Source: Candidatus Uhrbacteria bacterium
GTDB taxonomy: Bacteria; Patescibacteriota; Patescibacteriia; UBA9934; GWF2-40-263
DNA: 64,000 nucleotides
Reading direction: 5' to 3'
NCBI GenBank assembly: GCA_016844925.1
Contig: JAERTI010000055.1
Span: 65,459 to 129,458 of the forward strand
Positions 40,152 through 50,881 of the stretch are shown in pieces. Both the position numbers and the translations under genes were made by a program. Numbering within the stretch: the stretch's first letter is position 1; each line of letters begins with the position of its first letter. The notes beneath the pieces were generated by a model that worked only from the letters and a program-made list of their open reading frames with translations, ran no database searches and was not told the origin of the DNA.

Positions 40152-40529
40152 TCAGCTGAGCAGGTCCTTGAGGCTCTTGCCGGGGCGCCAGCAGCCATCA
40201 GGCTCGAAGATGAACAGGACGTTGACATCCTCACCGAAGAGCGCGTCGGTGTTGCCCGGACGGGAAGCGAAGTAGCTCTTGCCCCCCTTGCAGAACCACC
40301 CCACGGCCACGTGTCCCGGCAGGAGCTCCGGCTCCTCGGGCTCGGGACCGATGTCCTGCTTGTCCCACAGCGCGCTCAGGAGCGCCGAGAGATTCTCGAA
40401 GTCCAGCGTCTCGACTCGGTGCGAGAGATGCCAGGCTCGCGAGAAGAACGGGGCCGTCGGGACGGACATCAGTGTCATGGGGATGTCGCCCCCCATGGTG
40501 AACTCGTGCGTGATTCGCGGCAATCGCAT
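40152..40529 (-). CDS. High-GC orphan protein
   Basis: GAGG SD before MRLPRIT; TTGACT upstream near 40585; terminator near 40120-40146. Confidence 0.65.
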   Translation of the reverse strand: MRLPRITHEFTMGGDIPMTLMSVPTAPFFSRAWHLSHRVETLDFENLSALLSALWDKQDIGPEPEEPELLPGHVAVGWFCKGGKSYFASRPGNTDALFGEDVNVLFIFEPDGCWRPGKSLKDLLS

Positions 40530-40621
40530 GGCAACCTCTTGCATTTGTGCGCCCGGATTGAATCAGCTTTTCTCGTTTAAGTCAATCATAAAACAGGGCA
40601 TAAACCCTGTTTTAACTTCAT

Positions 40622-40927
40622 CTATACATCTATAACCGTCTTCTTTCTTGATCGACTGGGTTTCTTTTCCTTCTTCTCCAAGACATAGTCGACCAACTTT
40701 GTTGTTGCCCCCAGGACGGTTCCAAGTGTAGCACTCGTACTATCAAACTTGCTACGAATGGCTGAGATGGCCACCTCAATCTTTCCGATAGCATCTGTGG
40801 CCGTGTGCACGGCGTCATTCACGTTCTTGATAATCAATGCAACCTGGTACACCAGCCAAAAAATGGCGGCTGTTAACCACAGGGCACAGAATGCGAGGAC
40901 AATGTAGAGAATGTCGAGTGGGCTCAT
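40622..40927 (-). CDS. Small membrane protein (TM plus coiled coil)
   Basis: 101-aa ORF with AGGAGG SD. Confidence 0.75.
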   Translation of the reverse strand: MSPLDILYIVLAFCALWLTAAIFWLVYQVALIIKNVNDAVHTATDAIGKIEVAISAIRSKFDSTSATLGTVLGATTKLVDYVLEKKEKKPSRSRKKTVIDV

Positions 40928-40944
40928 AACCTCCTAATTGATAC

Positions 40945-43380
40945 TTACGATCTCATTGTAGCACCGAAGTCTTTTTCGAGCACGCCACGAATCTTACCGA
41001 GCTCTGCATCCACCTCTGATGATTCCAACGTCCGATCTGCCGCGCGGAAACTCATATGCACGGCCATGGACTTGTGTCCTTCTTCAACTCCCTTGCCACG
41101 ATAGACATCAAACAGCTCGACAGAATCAAGAAGGTTACTTGTCTTACGGATCGTTGTCTCGATGACTGCGTACGCTGCTTGGTCCGCCACAACAAAGGCT
41201 AAGTCACGCTCTGCTGCCGGGTGAACAGAGACCGGCTTGTAAACAACAGCCTGCTCACCCTGCTGAGCAAGCACGTCAAGATTCATTTCAAACACAGCAA
41301 CACGATGATCGACCCCTAAGGCACTCGCTTTCTCAGGATCAACCTCAGCAACATACCCAACAACCTGATCGTTTACGACAATCTGCGCCTGACGAACTGG
41401 ATGCTGCCACGGTTCTGGTGCTTCAGATGGACGAAGCTCTGCAGCAAAGCCCATGGCCCCCATAAGCTGCTCCACCATCGCTTTAGACTCCCAAAAGGGA
41501 TCTACATCACCTTTTTTTGCATAAACTCCCGCAAGGGCATGTGGTTGGCGTGGCAACTTCTTCTTCCCCTCCCCCATGTCTGCACCCTCTTCATCCTTGC
41601 GGAACACGCGCTCAGACTGGAACATCTTTACTGTTTCAAACGTGCGTTGGTTGTGCACGACGGTCTCTAACAAGTTTGGAATGAGTGACCGAACAAGATA
41701 AGGACGGTCGCTAGCAAGTGGGTTGGCCAATTTCAAGTGATCATCAAGCGACTCACCTAGAGCCTCAAGAGTCTCAGGGCTCACAAACGCATACTGAAAT
41801 ACCTCCGACGCCCCTGCTCCATAAGCTAGGGCCCTGCGTGCGATTCGAGATAACTGTCGCACGCGATCTTGAACAGGCGGAGTGATTGGAAAGATTGGCA
41901 ACGTCGAGGGAATATTGTCGTACCCATAAATCCGCGCAATCTCTTCGACAACATCCTCTTTAATGGAGACGTCCTTTGTTGCACGCCACGACGGGATCAC
42001 AACAGTAAACACATCCTTCTTCAGCTTCACATCAAACCCGAGGCGCGTAAGAATATCTTGCATCTCGTCAGTGGAGATAGAAGAACCTAAACGATCATTA
42101 ACCAACGAAGGAGCAAACGACAACGCTTCAGATTCAACAACCTTCGCTCGCTCATCGATCACGGACGAACAAACCTTCGCACTCGGACACAACTCTTGCA
42201 TGAGCTCAACCGCTCGTCGCAATGCAAGCTCACACAGGTTTGCATCAAGCGACTTTTCAAAACGAGCGGAAGACTCAGAACGCAACGCAAGCTTCTGCGA
42301 AGTCTTGCGCACGGATACGGGCGAGAAATTCGCTGACTCGAACACGATTCGCGTTGTCTCACCGCTCACCCCACTACCTTCTCCGCCCATCACACCGGCA
42401 ATCGCCAACGTCTTTGTGCCACTAGCGATCACCAACATTTCTTTTTCAAGTTTGTAAGTCTCCTCATCCAGACAGGTAATCTCCTCACCCTTCTTTGCTG
42501 TGCGAACGGTGATCTTCACCTCGTCTCCACCCAGAACGTCCGCATCGAACGCGTGCATGGGCTGCCCCAACTCCAACATGACGAGGTTTGTCACATCAAC
42601 AACGTTATTAATGGAACGAACACCACAAGCCGTCAGACGATTCTTCAACCACTGCGGTGAGGGTTCAACAGTAATCCCCTCAAGGGCCACTCCCATATAC
42701 CGTGGACACAGTTCCTGATCCTCAATCTTCACAGAAAGTGAAACGCCTTTCCCCTTAGAGATTGCTGCTGGCTTGTACTCCTTTAGCTCTGAACGAGTAA
42801 GCGCGGCGACCTCACGTGCCATTCCATAGTGCCCCATCAAATCCGGACGGTTGGTGAGCGATTTGTGCTCAATGTCAAAAATGACATCATCCAAACCAAG
42901 CGCCTCCGCCAGAGAAGTACCGGGCTTGGCATCAATATCCCCCAAGTCCAAAATGTCGCGCTCTCCCTCATCGGAAGCATCCAATCCAATCTCTGAACTT
43001 GCACAGATCATCCCTTCACTGACCTCTCCCCGAATCTTGGTCTTCTTCAACTCCACAGGCTCCCCCTCTCCATGCCAGCGCACCCAAGCCCCCGGCGGCG
43101 CAACGGCCACCTTCATGCCTTCGCGCAGGTTCGACCCACCGCAAACAATCTGCGACGTAGAACCACCGACATCGACCTGACAAAGTGTCAGTCGATCTGC
43201 GTCAGGATGCTTCGCGAGCGTCTTCACCTCACCGACAATAATTTTATCCAGCTCCGCAGCCTGATCCTTGAACGACTCAACTTCCACCGTCGAAAGCGTA
43301 ATCGTATTTGAAAGTTCCTGATCTGAAAGCCCCTTAGGGGTCTGAACAAACTCACGAAGCCACTTTTTTGATATCAACAT
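40945..43380 (-). CDS. pheT: Phenylalanyl-tRNA synthetase beta subunit
   Basis: HPDADRL, NRPD, GQPMHAFD, EEIARIYGYD motifs; FDX-ACB domain. Confidence 0.97.
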   Translation of the reverse strand: MLISKKWLREFVQTPKGLSDQELSNTITLSTVEVESFKDQAAELDKIIVGEVKTLAKHPDADRLTLCQVDVGGSTSQIVCGGSNLREGMKVAVAPPGAWVRWHGEGEPVELKKTKIRGEVSEGMICASSEIGLDASDEGERDILDLGDIDAKPGTSLAEALGLDDVIFDIEHKSLTNRPDLMGHYGMAREVAALTRSELKEYKPAAISKGKGVSLSVKIEDQELCPRYMGVALEGITVEPSPQWLKNRLTACGVRSINNVVDVTNLVMLELGQPMHAFDADVLGGDEVKITVRTAKKGEEITCLDEETYKLEKEMLVIASGTKTLAIAGVMGGEGSGVSGETTRIVFESANFSPVSVRKTSQKLALRSESSARFEKSLDANLCELALRRAVELMQELCPSAKVCSSVIDERAKVVESEALSFAPSLVNDRLGSSISTDEMQDILTRLGFDVKLKKDVFTVVIPSWRATKDVSIKEDVVEEIARIYGYDNIPSTLPIFPITPPVQDRVRQLSRIARRALAYGAGASEVFQYAFVSPETLEALGESLDDHLKLANPLASDRPYLVRSLIPNLLETVVHNQRTFETVKMFQSERVFRKDEEGADMGEGKKKLPRQPHALAGVYAKKGDVDPFWESKAMVEQLMGAMGFAAELRPSEAPEPWQHPVRQAQIVVNDQVVGYVAEVDPEKASALGVDHRVAVFEMNLDVLAQQGEQAVVYKPVSVHPAAERDLAFVVADQAAYAVIETTIRKTSNLLDSVELFDVYRGKGVEEGHKSMAVHMSFRAADRTLESSEVDAELGKIRGVLEKDFGATMRS

Positions 43381-43383
43381 AAA

Positions 43384-44412
43384 CTAAAACTGTTTGAGGA
43401 AACGAAGATCACCACTTTCCAGATGACGAATATCATCAATACCGTACTTGAGCATCACCAGGCGTGTAAGCCCGAACCCAAAGGCGAAACCGGAGTACTC
43501 ATCTGGATCCACGCCCCCCTCGCGCAATACATTGGGGTGAACCATGCCTGCCCCGAACACCTCAAGCCAACCAGTTTTCTTACACAAACGGCACCCGTCC
43601 CCCTTACACAAGAAGCAGGTTACTTCTCCATTTACTCCAGGCTCAACAAACGGATAGAACTTTGGGCGCAATCGAATGTGCGTCTCTTCGCCATACAAAT
43701 GCCTCGCCACGATTTCTAGCACGCCCTTCATGTGGGAAAGAGAAATCCCCTTATCAATCATCATTCCTTCCAGCTGGTGAAACGTGTGCTCGTGCCGGAC
43801 GTCCGTTGCTTCATTTCGAAAACATCGCCCTGGCGCAACCATACGCAACGGGGCTCCGTAACGTCGCATTGAACGGATCTGAACAGACGATGTGTGCGTG
43901 CGCATCACCACCCCGTCGGCTCCCTCGACATAAAACGTATCCTGCATGTCGCGCGCTGGATGTGTTGGCGGGATGTTGAGCGCTGTAAAGTTGTAATAGT
44001 CACTTTCAAGCTCAGGGCCATCGGCAATGATAAACCCCATCGAGGTAAACAAGTCTTCAAGCTCTTGCTGCACCTGCGTCACAGGATGAATGGATCCACG
44101 AGACTCGCCACCAATAACTGGCTGCGTGACATCAATCCACTCTTTACCCATGGACTCCTCGCGCTGGAGCTTTTTAAACGTCTCTTCCTGACCCCCATAG
44201 GCCACCTCGATCGCTTCCTTTACTTCATTAGCAATCTTCCCGATCGCCTTTCGTTCTTCATCGGCAAGCTGGGCCATCTCTTTCATGGCTGCCTTCAACT
44301 TTCCTTTGCGACCAAGAAACTCGTTACGCAATGTCTCGAGCGACTCACGATCGGTCACCTTATCAACAAGCGCAAGGAAGTCATCTTTTAATTGCTCAAG
44401 GTCTTTTTTCAT
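43384..44412 (-). CDS. pheS: Phenylalanyl-tRNA synthetase alpha subunit
   Basis: HPARDMQDTFY, RTHTS, FHQLEG and GFAFGFG motifs. Confidence 0.97.
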   Translation of the reverse strand: MKKDLEQLKDDFLALVDKVTDRESLETLRNEFLGRKGKLKAAMKEMAQLADEERKAIGKIANEVKEAIEVAYGGQEETFKKLQREESMGKEWIDVTQPVIGGESRGSIHPVTQVQQELEDLFTSMGFIIADGPELESDYYNFTALNIPPTHPARDMQDTFYVEGADGVVMRTHTSSVQIRSMRRYGAPLRMVAPGRCFRNEATDVRHEHTFHQLEGMMIDKGISLSHMKGVLEIVARHLYGEETHIRLRPKFYPFVEPGVNGEVTCFLCKGDGCRLCKKTGWLEVFGAGMVHPNVLREGGVDPDEYSGFAFGFGLTRLVMLKYGIDDIRHLESGDLRFLKQF

Positions 44413-44413
44413 A

Positions 44414-45523
44414 TCAGATCATCGATTTAAGCGCACCAAGAATCTGGTCGCCAAATGTCACAAAGTCTTTGTACGTTACAAGCACTACCAACACCATCAG
44501 GAACATGAAGCCCAGGTTGTGCACCACAATCTCCATCCGTTCATTTACCGCACGACCACGCAACTTCTCAATCGCAAGGAACAAAATACGTCCGCCATCG
44601 AGCGCTGGGAACGGAAGAATGTTAATAATCGCCAAGTTGATCGAGAGAATCGCTGTGAACTGCATGAGATAGACAAGCCCCATGGCTGCCACCTCCCCTG
44701 TCATAACAGCGATACCGACTGGACCAGACAAATCAACAGCCACCTCCTGTGTCACAACCAAGTCACGAATGAGTGCGTAAAAGGCGTAAGCCACCTCATA
44801 GGTGAACTGTCCTGTTGTGTAGATCCCCTGACTGATGGCTGAGAAGAACGGATATGAGACGAGCCCAGTGCCCACAAAACCAATACCGACCGCTTCTGTC
44901 TCTGCCGCCTCTAGGTAAGCTGATGTGAGTTGGTAGGTCCTGTACGTTTCATCTTCTCCTTGAACAACAACCTCCACACCTGTCGATGCCTCAGCAACAA
45001 AATATTCACGCGCTTCGATGTCGCTTTCAAACACGCGCCCGTCGATCGACGCAATCACGTCCCCTGGCACTACACCTGCCTCCGCTGCTGGAGAACCTTC
45101 AAGCACCTGCATGACAGCAAGCTCATAACTAGAGACGGTTGCGCTTTCTGGAAGCGTGTCGTCAATAATCGACGGGAGGCCGATCATGTACCCCCCAGAA
45201 AACAAGACGGCCGCGAGGACAAGGTTCATCACAACACCAGCAACCAACACCAAGAACCGCTGCCAGGGTTTCTTTGAAGAAAAGCTGTCTTTATCGTGTT
45301 TATGCTCCCCACTCTCTCCTTTAATCTTTACAAACCCCCCAAGTGGGATCCAGTTGATGGAGTAGATGGTGTCCCCCTTACGTATCCCAAACGCACGAGG
45401 AGGAAAGCCGAAACCAAATTCGTCGACTCGCATGCCCATCTTTCGCGCCATGAAAAAATGCCCCAATTCGTGGACAAATACGAGGAGCGAGAGGACGATG
45501 ACAAAAAGTAAAATAGTTCCCAT
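44414..45523 (-). CDS. rseP: RIP metalloprotease RseP
   Basis: HELGH, PDZ domain and NILPFPALDGG motif. Confidence 0.95.
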   Translation of the reverse strand: MGTILLFVIVLSLLVFVHELGHFFMARKMGMRVDEFGFGFPPRAFGIRKGDTIYSINWIPLGGFVKIKGESGEHKHDKDSFSSKKPWQRFLVLVAGVVMNLVLAAVLFSGGYMIGLPSIIDDTLPESATVSSYELAVMQVLEGSPAAEAGVVPGDVIASIDGRVFESDIEAREYFVAEASTGVEVVVQGEDETYRTYQLTSAYLEAAETEAVGIGFVGTGLVSYPFFSAISQGIYTTGQFTYEVAYAFYALIRDLVVTQEVAVDLSGPVGIAVMTGEVAAMGLVYLMQFTAILSINLAIINILPFPALDGGRILFLAIEKLRGRAVNERMEIVVHNLGFMFLMVLVVLVTYKDFVTFGDQILGALKSMI

Positions 45524-45638
45524 AAATCGCCTCAATAATAACGGTTTGCTCTCAGTAGATCAACTAAAACCACTCAGGATTGCATAAATTCTCCCCTTGC
45601 CGTACGCTGCGGGCGCCCTACCAAGAGAGGAGCGGCAC

Positions 45639-46001
45639 ATGCAAGGTGAACGGACCTATGGATTCCAGAACGGCGCCTCCGACGAGCGCGTCAGCACCCA
45701 GAGCGAGCACCCCGGCTTCCCCATCCCCCTGCAGTTCTCCGGCCGGATCGGTGTCCGGATCACCGGGGACACCGAGAAGGACTTCGCCCTGCAGCTGCAG
45801 GACGGCAGACCCGACAGGACGAACCTGCTGGTGCGGATCAACGACGACCGCCTGCACCTGCGGCTCCCGAGCGACTTCACCGGCGAGGTGACCATCCAGG
45901 TGAGCGGCTCGTGCATCGGTGAGCGCCAGAGCGGCCACTTCGGTAGCTGCGGCCACGGACGCAGCTCGATGGTCGACCCGACCGAGCGCACGATCCACTG
46001 A
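45639..46001 (+). CDS. High-GC orphan protein
   Basis: TTGCAT(45580)-17-TACGCT; GAGGAG SD; terminator near 46028-46053. Confidence 0.68.
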   Translation: MQGERTYGFQNGASDERVSTQSEHPGFPIPLQFSGRIGVRITGDTEKDFALQLQDGRPDRTNLLVRINDDRLHLRLPSDFTGEVTIQVSGSCIGERQSGHFGSCGHGRSSMVDPTERTIH

Positions 46002-46131
46002 TCGAGCTCTAGCTCGAATCACGACGCGACGACCCCCCACGGGTCGTCTTTTTACTTACACAACAGATCTAATCGCATTGACATCCCAGCGTGAACTGCT
46101 AGAGTTCCCCGTCCACGACAAGGAGGACGTG

Positions 46132-46977
46132 ATGACAAAGGGAAGGATCTTGATCCTGGTGGCGGTCATCGTCTCAGGATTCCTGCCCGTTTCAACGCGG
46201 GCTCTGGAGGACCTTGGATGGGGAGCCATCCAGACGGCCGGCGTGCGCTGCCTAATCGGCGCCATCATCATCGGCGCGTTCAATCTCAAGAAGCTGTCAC
46301 AAGCCTCAAGAGACTGGCGGTCCGTTGCCCTCATCGGACTTGCCACAACCATGGCGACCTCGGGTGTGACGTACGCGTTCCAGCACATCCCAGGAGGCCT
46401 CACCACGGCCCTGATGTTCATCGGGCCCATCTGGGTAGTCCTGTGGGAGTCGCTCCATGGAAGAACAACACGCTGGCAACGCATCGCCTGTGGTGTGGGA
46501 TTCCTCGGCGCGATCTTCCTGGTTGGATCGGGTTTCACCGGCGACCTGGACTGGACCGGCGTGGCCGCGGCGATCGGAGCAAGCTTCGGCTTTGCCCTGT
46601 TCTTCATCAACAGTGCCAAGGCCAGCAAGGTCATGTCCGACGAATGCCTCGCCTTCTGGGCCTGGGCCTTCGCCGGCGTCGCCTTCGCCTACAGCCTCCC
46701 CTCAGCCAACTGGTCGGTGGAAGCAGCACCCTGGATCGCGTTCATGGGGCTCGTCAACGGAGCGCTGTACATCCTCGTGCTCTTCGCGGCCATCCGCCAC
46801 ATCGGCAACGCCACCGAGACCAGCATCTGGCAGTACACCGAGCTGATCACCGTGGGCGCGACGTGCTACTTCGTCTTCGGCGAAGTGCCTACCCCCACGG
46901 CCTTCATCGGCATGATCCTCATCCTCACGGCCGGACTCATGCTCATCAAACCAGAGCAAACTCCTGCGACGACCTGA
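46132..46977 (+). CDS. DMT/EamA family transporter
   Basis: About 10 TM segments in a two-repeat pattern; TTGACA-16-TAGAGT; AAGGAGG SD. Confidence 0.85.
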   Translation: MTKGRILILVAVIVSGFLPVSTRALEDLGWGAIQTAGVRCLIGAIIIGAFNLKKLSQASRDWRSVALIGLATTMATSGVTYAFQHIPGGLTTALMFIGPIWVVLWESLHGRTTRWQRIACGVGFLGAIFLVGSGFTGDLDWTGVAAAIGASFGFALFFINSAKASKVMSDECLAFWAWAFAGVAFAYSLPSANWSVEAAPWIAFMGLVNGALYILVLFAAIRHIGNATETSIWQYTELITVGATCYFVFGEVPTPTAFIGMILILTAGLMLIKPEQTPATT

Positions 46978-47045
46978 ACGATAGGCGTCGCTTTTTTCAT
47001 AGAAACAAAAATAATAGACCTGCTCTGAGACAGGTCTATCGGGGT

Positions 47046-47139
47046 GCACTTGGGGTAAAGATCGGACTCGTCGGGGGGGTGACATACCGTTGCCCAGAGA
47101 CAGCGCCGGATTCACACCGGCTTCCAAACCTCAAGATGC
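47046..47139 (-). promoter_or_regulatory. Compact cobalamin riboswitch aptamer
   Basis: Minus strand GGAAGCCGGTGTGAATCCGGCGCTGTC...GCAACGGTA...GAGTCCGA, closed by a GCATCTTGAGG/CCCCAAGTGC P1. TTGACA promoter at 47172-47167; terminator at 47039-47006. Confidence 0.75.
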
Positions 47140-47179
47140 TGGAAGTTAAGCAAGTTACACGCTTCTTGTCAAGCAATAC

Positions 47180-47596
47180 CTACTCAGTCTCCTCACTTTT
47201 TTCTACCGGAATATCGCCGCGCGCATGGGCATCTTCAATCTTCTTCAACAACCCCCTTACAACACGCACAGCAGATTCACGAGTCTCTTTCATCTGTTTA
47301 TTAAACTCTTCATCGCTCATCCCCTCATAATAAAAACCAATGGTCTCAGGATCTATAATCACTTGAACCTGGTGATCAAGATCATCGAGCGCTTCTTCAA
47401 AATTAGGAACCTTATCGACCGGCACATTCTTCGCCATCTCTATAACCTTAAGCAATCGCTCCGTCAGTGCCGCACCTTCAACAAAACCTCCGAGGACTTC
47501 CTCTGCCTTCTTTACATGAGCGAGCTTAAGCCTCTCTTTACTTCGACGGGCAAGCTCCCCCGCCAACATCTCTCCTGGGTCACGACGTTCTCCCAT
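47180..47596 (-). CDS. Hypothetical protein
   Basis: 138-aa charged ORF. Confidence 0.6.
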   Translation of the reverse strand: MGERRDPGEMLAGELARRSKERLKLAHVKKAEEVLGGFVEGAALTERLLKVIEMAKNVPVDKVPNFEEALDDLDHQVQVIIDPETIGFYYEGMSDEEFNKQMKETRESAVRVVRGLLKKIEDAHARGDIPVEKSEETE

Positions 47597-47686
47597 ATGT
47601 TTCTTCGTTAAGTGAATGAATCTGTTTTTATTTTTAGTAGCCGTACTTCTCTTTCATCTGAACCAAGAGTTGCCTCACTCACGTCA

Positions 47687-48883
47687 TTATGTCAACTGAA
47701 CAAAATGACGTTTTCCTTTTTGAATAAGCGCTCCTGGACCAACCTCTTGCTCATAACTCTCAACAACCACATCATCGACTTTCACGCCTTTCCCATCAAT
47801 GAGACGACGAACTTCTGACTTACTTTTTGCCAAACCTGAATCAACAAGCGCGTCCACGATGCTCATAGGGCCACTAATCTTGTGCTCTGGAATCTCGTCT
47901 GGTCGTTCTTTCTTTTGAAAGAGCTGATCAAATCGATCGGACGCCGCCTGAGCCTCTCCGTCATCGAAGTACTGCGCCACAACCGCTCGAGCCAGACGCG
48001 CTTTTACCTCTCGTGGGTTCGCTCCGCCAGTGAGTTCCTTCTCGACAGCGGCAAAATCTTCCTTCGTTAAAATCTCAAACCCCGGAACAATCATCCCATC
48101 GGTCCAGCTCATAATCTTTCCAAACATCTCGTCACTCGTGTCGCTCAAGCGAATCATGTTCCCCTCACTCTTCCCCATCTTCTTCCCAGTCGGATCTGCC
48201 AAGAGCTTGCTCGTCACCACAAACTTCTCCTTCCCCGTCGTCGCCTTCATGAGCGTGCGACCGGCAAGCATGTTAAACGTCTGATCATTTCCACCAACCT
48301 CTCCATCAACATCCATGGCCACACAATCCTGCCCCTGCATGAGGGGGTAGAAAAACTCGTGCAGATAGATCGGCTTCCCTTCCTTCATGCGGTTATCGAA
48401 CATGTCGCGCTCGAGCATCTGCTGCACAGTAAAGTTCGAGGCGAGCTCTACGACGTCAGCAAAACTCATCTTGCCGAGCCACTCACTATTGTATTTCACT
48501 TCGACGGGGTTCTCACCACCAAAGTCCAAAATCTTCCCAGCCTGCTCTTTGTAATTCTCTGCGTTCTCAAGCACCTGCTCTCGCGTCAATCGAACACGTG
48601 TCGCAGACTTGTCCGTTGGATCACCGATCATGCCGGTAAAATCGCCGACCAGAAGGATGATCTTATGCCCCAAGTCCTGAAACGCGCGGAGCTTACGCAA
48701 CTGAATCGAGTGCCCGATGTGCAAATCTGGTCCCGTTGGATCGATACCAAGATAGAGCGAAAGCTGCTTCCCTTCTTTGAGGCGAGCCTCAAGAAAATCT
48801 CGTGACGGGTAGACGTGCTCTACTCCACGATCCAGGAGTTCATCGATTTGTTTCTGGTCAGTTGATACGGCCATATGCACCAA
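47687..48883 (-). CDS. tyrS: Tyrosyl-tRNA synthetase
   Basis: GIDPTG, HIGH and KMGKS motifs; S4 domain. Confidence 0.97.
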   Translation of the reverse strand: MVHMAVSTDQKQIDELLDRGVEHVYPSRDFLEARLKEGKQLSLYLGIDPTGPDLHIGHSIQLRKLRAFQDLGHKIILLVGDFTGMIGDPTDKSATRVRLTREQVLENAENYKEQAGKILDFGGENPVEVKYNSEWLGKMSFADVVELASNFTVQQMLERDMFDNRMKEGKPIYLHEFFYPLMQGQDCVAMDVDGEVGGNDQTFNMLAGRTLMKATTGKEKFVVTSKLLADPTGKKMGKSEGNMIRLSDTSDEMFGKIMSWTDGMIVPGFEILTKEDFAAVEKELTGGANPREVKARLARAVVAQYFDDGEAQAASDRFDQLFQKKERPDEIPEHKISGPMSIVDALVDSGLAKSKSEVRRLIDGKGVKVDDVVVESYEQEVGPGALIQKGKRHFVQLT

Positions 48884-48885
48884 TA

Positions 48886-50259
48886 TTAGGCATTTTCCTT
48901 AATAAACGCAACGATTTCATCTCGCTTAGCTTCCATAGTCGCCTGATCCACAGCCTCCAAGTTCAAGCGCAGTTTCGGCTCGGTGTTGGACGCGCGGACA
49001 TTGAACCAGAACGTCTCGAACCGAATTGAGATCCCATCGAGCTCATTGAGCTCACCGTCGGCAAACTTCTCTTTAAGCATCTGCATCATGCCAGCCTTGT
49101 CCTCCACTTTGAAGTTAATCTCACCTGAGTGAACATATCGCTCCAGAGGCTCGACCATATCAGCAAGTGACTCTCCACGACGCGTAATCTCCTGCAGCAC
49201 CTGTGCCGCAACCGTCACCGGTCCCTCATACGTACCTGTTGGGAACGTGTAAAAGAAATGCCCAGATGACTCTCCGCCAAACACCGCCTCTTCACGGCGC
49301 ATCTGCTCTTTAATGAGCGAGTGCCCCACACGCGTAACAGACGGCTTCCCTCCTGACTCGACAATCATGTCCTCGGTAATTTTTCCTGGACGAATGTCAT
49401 AACAAATCGTTGCTCCAGGATTATCTCGCAACACAATTTGTGCGAGCATGCCGCGCAACACAGCCGGTGTGACGAGACGTCCTTTGTTGTCAATGAAAAA
49501 GATGCGGTCGCCATCGCCATCGGTTGTGATTCCAAGATCTGCACCGAGCTCAAGTACCTTCTTCTGAATGTCGACAATATTCTCTGGCTTAAATGGATCG
49601 GCCTCGTGGTTTGGAAAGTTCCCGTCGAACTCCCAGTACATGCGCGTCACGTCTGCCTCAACCATGCCAAACAATTCGTCGAGAAACTGCGCGCCCATCC
49701 CATTGGCACTATCGCAAACAATCTTCATCTTATTGATCGGATGCACGCCCGCATGAGCGAACTCTGCTTTGGCAGCCAAAGCAGGAATCCCTTCAACAAC
49801 CTCGACGGTTCCATGAACACGCTCTGCCACCTCATGACTAGCCTCGATCCAATCTGCCATGTCGCGAATCCCACTGTCTCCACTGACAGGAATCGCCATC
49901 TCGCGCGTAATCTTAAAACCGTTATAGGCCGCTGGGTTGTGTGAAGCACTCACCATGATGCCCCCATGAGCCTTCAAATGTCCGACACCAAAATAAAAAG
50001 CTGGCGTGGACACCAGACCAATATCTAAGACATTCACTCCACTCTCTGTGAGCCCCTCCATGAGGGCTTTTTGGTACCCCAAGGAACTCTCTCGCATATC
50101 TCGACCAACCACGACCGTCATGGCTGTCTCTGCTCCCACCTCTGGCTGACGAAGTGCTGCGTAGGCCTGACCAATTTTTTTCGCTAAATCTTGGGTAATC
50201 TCCTCCTCCACCAACCCTCGAATGTCGTACATTTTAAAGATGTGTTTTGGAATGCTCAT
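48886..50259 (-). CDS. Phosphomannomutase/phosphoglucomutase
   Basis: YDIRG, SASHNP, DGDGDR and GESSGH motifs. Confidence 0.93.
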   Translation of the reverse strand: MSIPKHIFKMYDIRGLVEEEITQDLAKKIGQAYAALRQPEVGAETAMTVVVGRDMRESSLGYQKALMEGLTESGVNVLDIGLVSTPAFYFGVGHLKAHGGIMVSASHNPAAYNGFKITREMAIPVSGDSGIRDMADWIEASHEVAERVHGTVEVVEGIPALAAKAEFAHAGVHPINKMKIVCDSANGMGAQFLDELFGMVEADVTRMYWEFDGNFPNHEADPFKPENIVDIQKKVLELGADLGITTDGDGDRIFFIDNKGRLVTPAVLRGMLAQIVLRDNPGATICYDIRPGKITEDMIVESGGKPSVTRVGHSLIKEQMRREEAVFGGESSGHFFYTFPTGTYEGPVTVAAQVLQEITRRGESLADMVEPLERYVHSGEINFKVEDKAGMMQMLKEKFADGELNELDGISIRFETFWFNVRASNTEPKLRLNLEAVDQATMEAKRDEIVAFIKENA

Positions 50260-50327
50260 ATGCTTTGACGGTGGGTCATGAATTTCGTACTATAAAGAGG
50301 TAAATAGCCTTTAATTGAAGGAAAATT

Positions 50328-50879
50328 ATGGAACTGATCTGGATACTTGTAGGCATCGTCCTCGTAGTGGCGATGTGGCTCATTCTAACATACAACGGAC
50401 TCATTCGATCGAAGAACCGCGTAGAGGAAGCTTGGTCAGATATTGAGGTGCAAATGAAGCGTCGCTATGACCTTATTCCCAACCTCATCAACACCGTGAA
50501 GGGCTATGCCAAGCACGAAGAAGGTGTATTCACAAAAGTAACTGAAGCACGTACGGCTGCCATGGGAGCAACTTCCATGGCTGACCACTCCAAGTCAGAA
50601 AACATGCTCAGCGAAACACTCAAGAGCCTGTTCGCTGTTTCTGAAAACTACCCACAGCTCCAGGCATCTCAAAACTTCCTTGAGTTGCAGCACGAACTTG
50701 CGGATGCCGAAGATAAAATCATGGCAGCACGTCGCTTTTACAATGCCAACACCCGAGACTTCAACACGAAACTCCAAGTCTTCCCAACCAACCTCATTGC
50801 AGGCGTGTTCGGATTTCTTGCTCGAGAGTTTTTTGATGCTCCGGAAGCAGAACTCGCAAAGCCTGAGGTCAAGTTCTAG
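50328..50879 (+). CDS. lemA: LemA family protein
   Basis: KRRYDLIPNL, ENYPQL and ARRFYN motifs. Confidence 0.95.
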   Translation: MELIWILVGIVLVVAMWLILTYNGLIRSKNRVEEAWSDIEVQMKRRYDLIPNLINTVKGYAKHEEGVFTKVTEARTAAMGATSMADHSKSENMLSETLKSLFAVSENYPQLQASQNFLELQHELADAEDKIMAARRFYNANTRDFNTKLQVFPTNLIAGVFGFLAREFFDAPEAELAKPEVKF

Positions 50880-50881
50880 CT

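Noticed and set aside
39378-40580. 400-aa plus-strand ORF, and similar ones such as 1864-2790, 33931-34752 and 46218-47330
   Set aside because: Antisense or alternate-frame shadows of better-supported genes.
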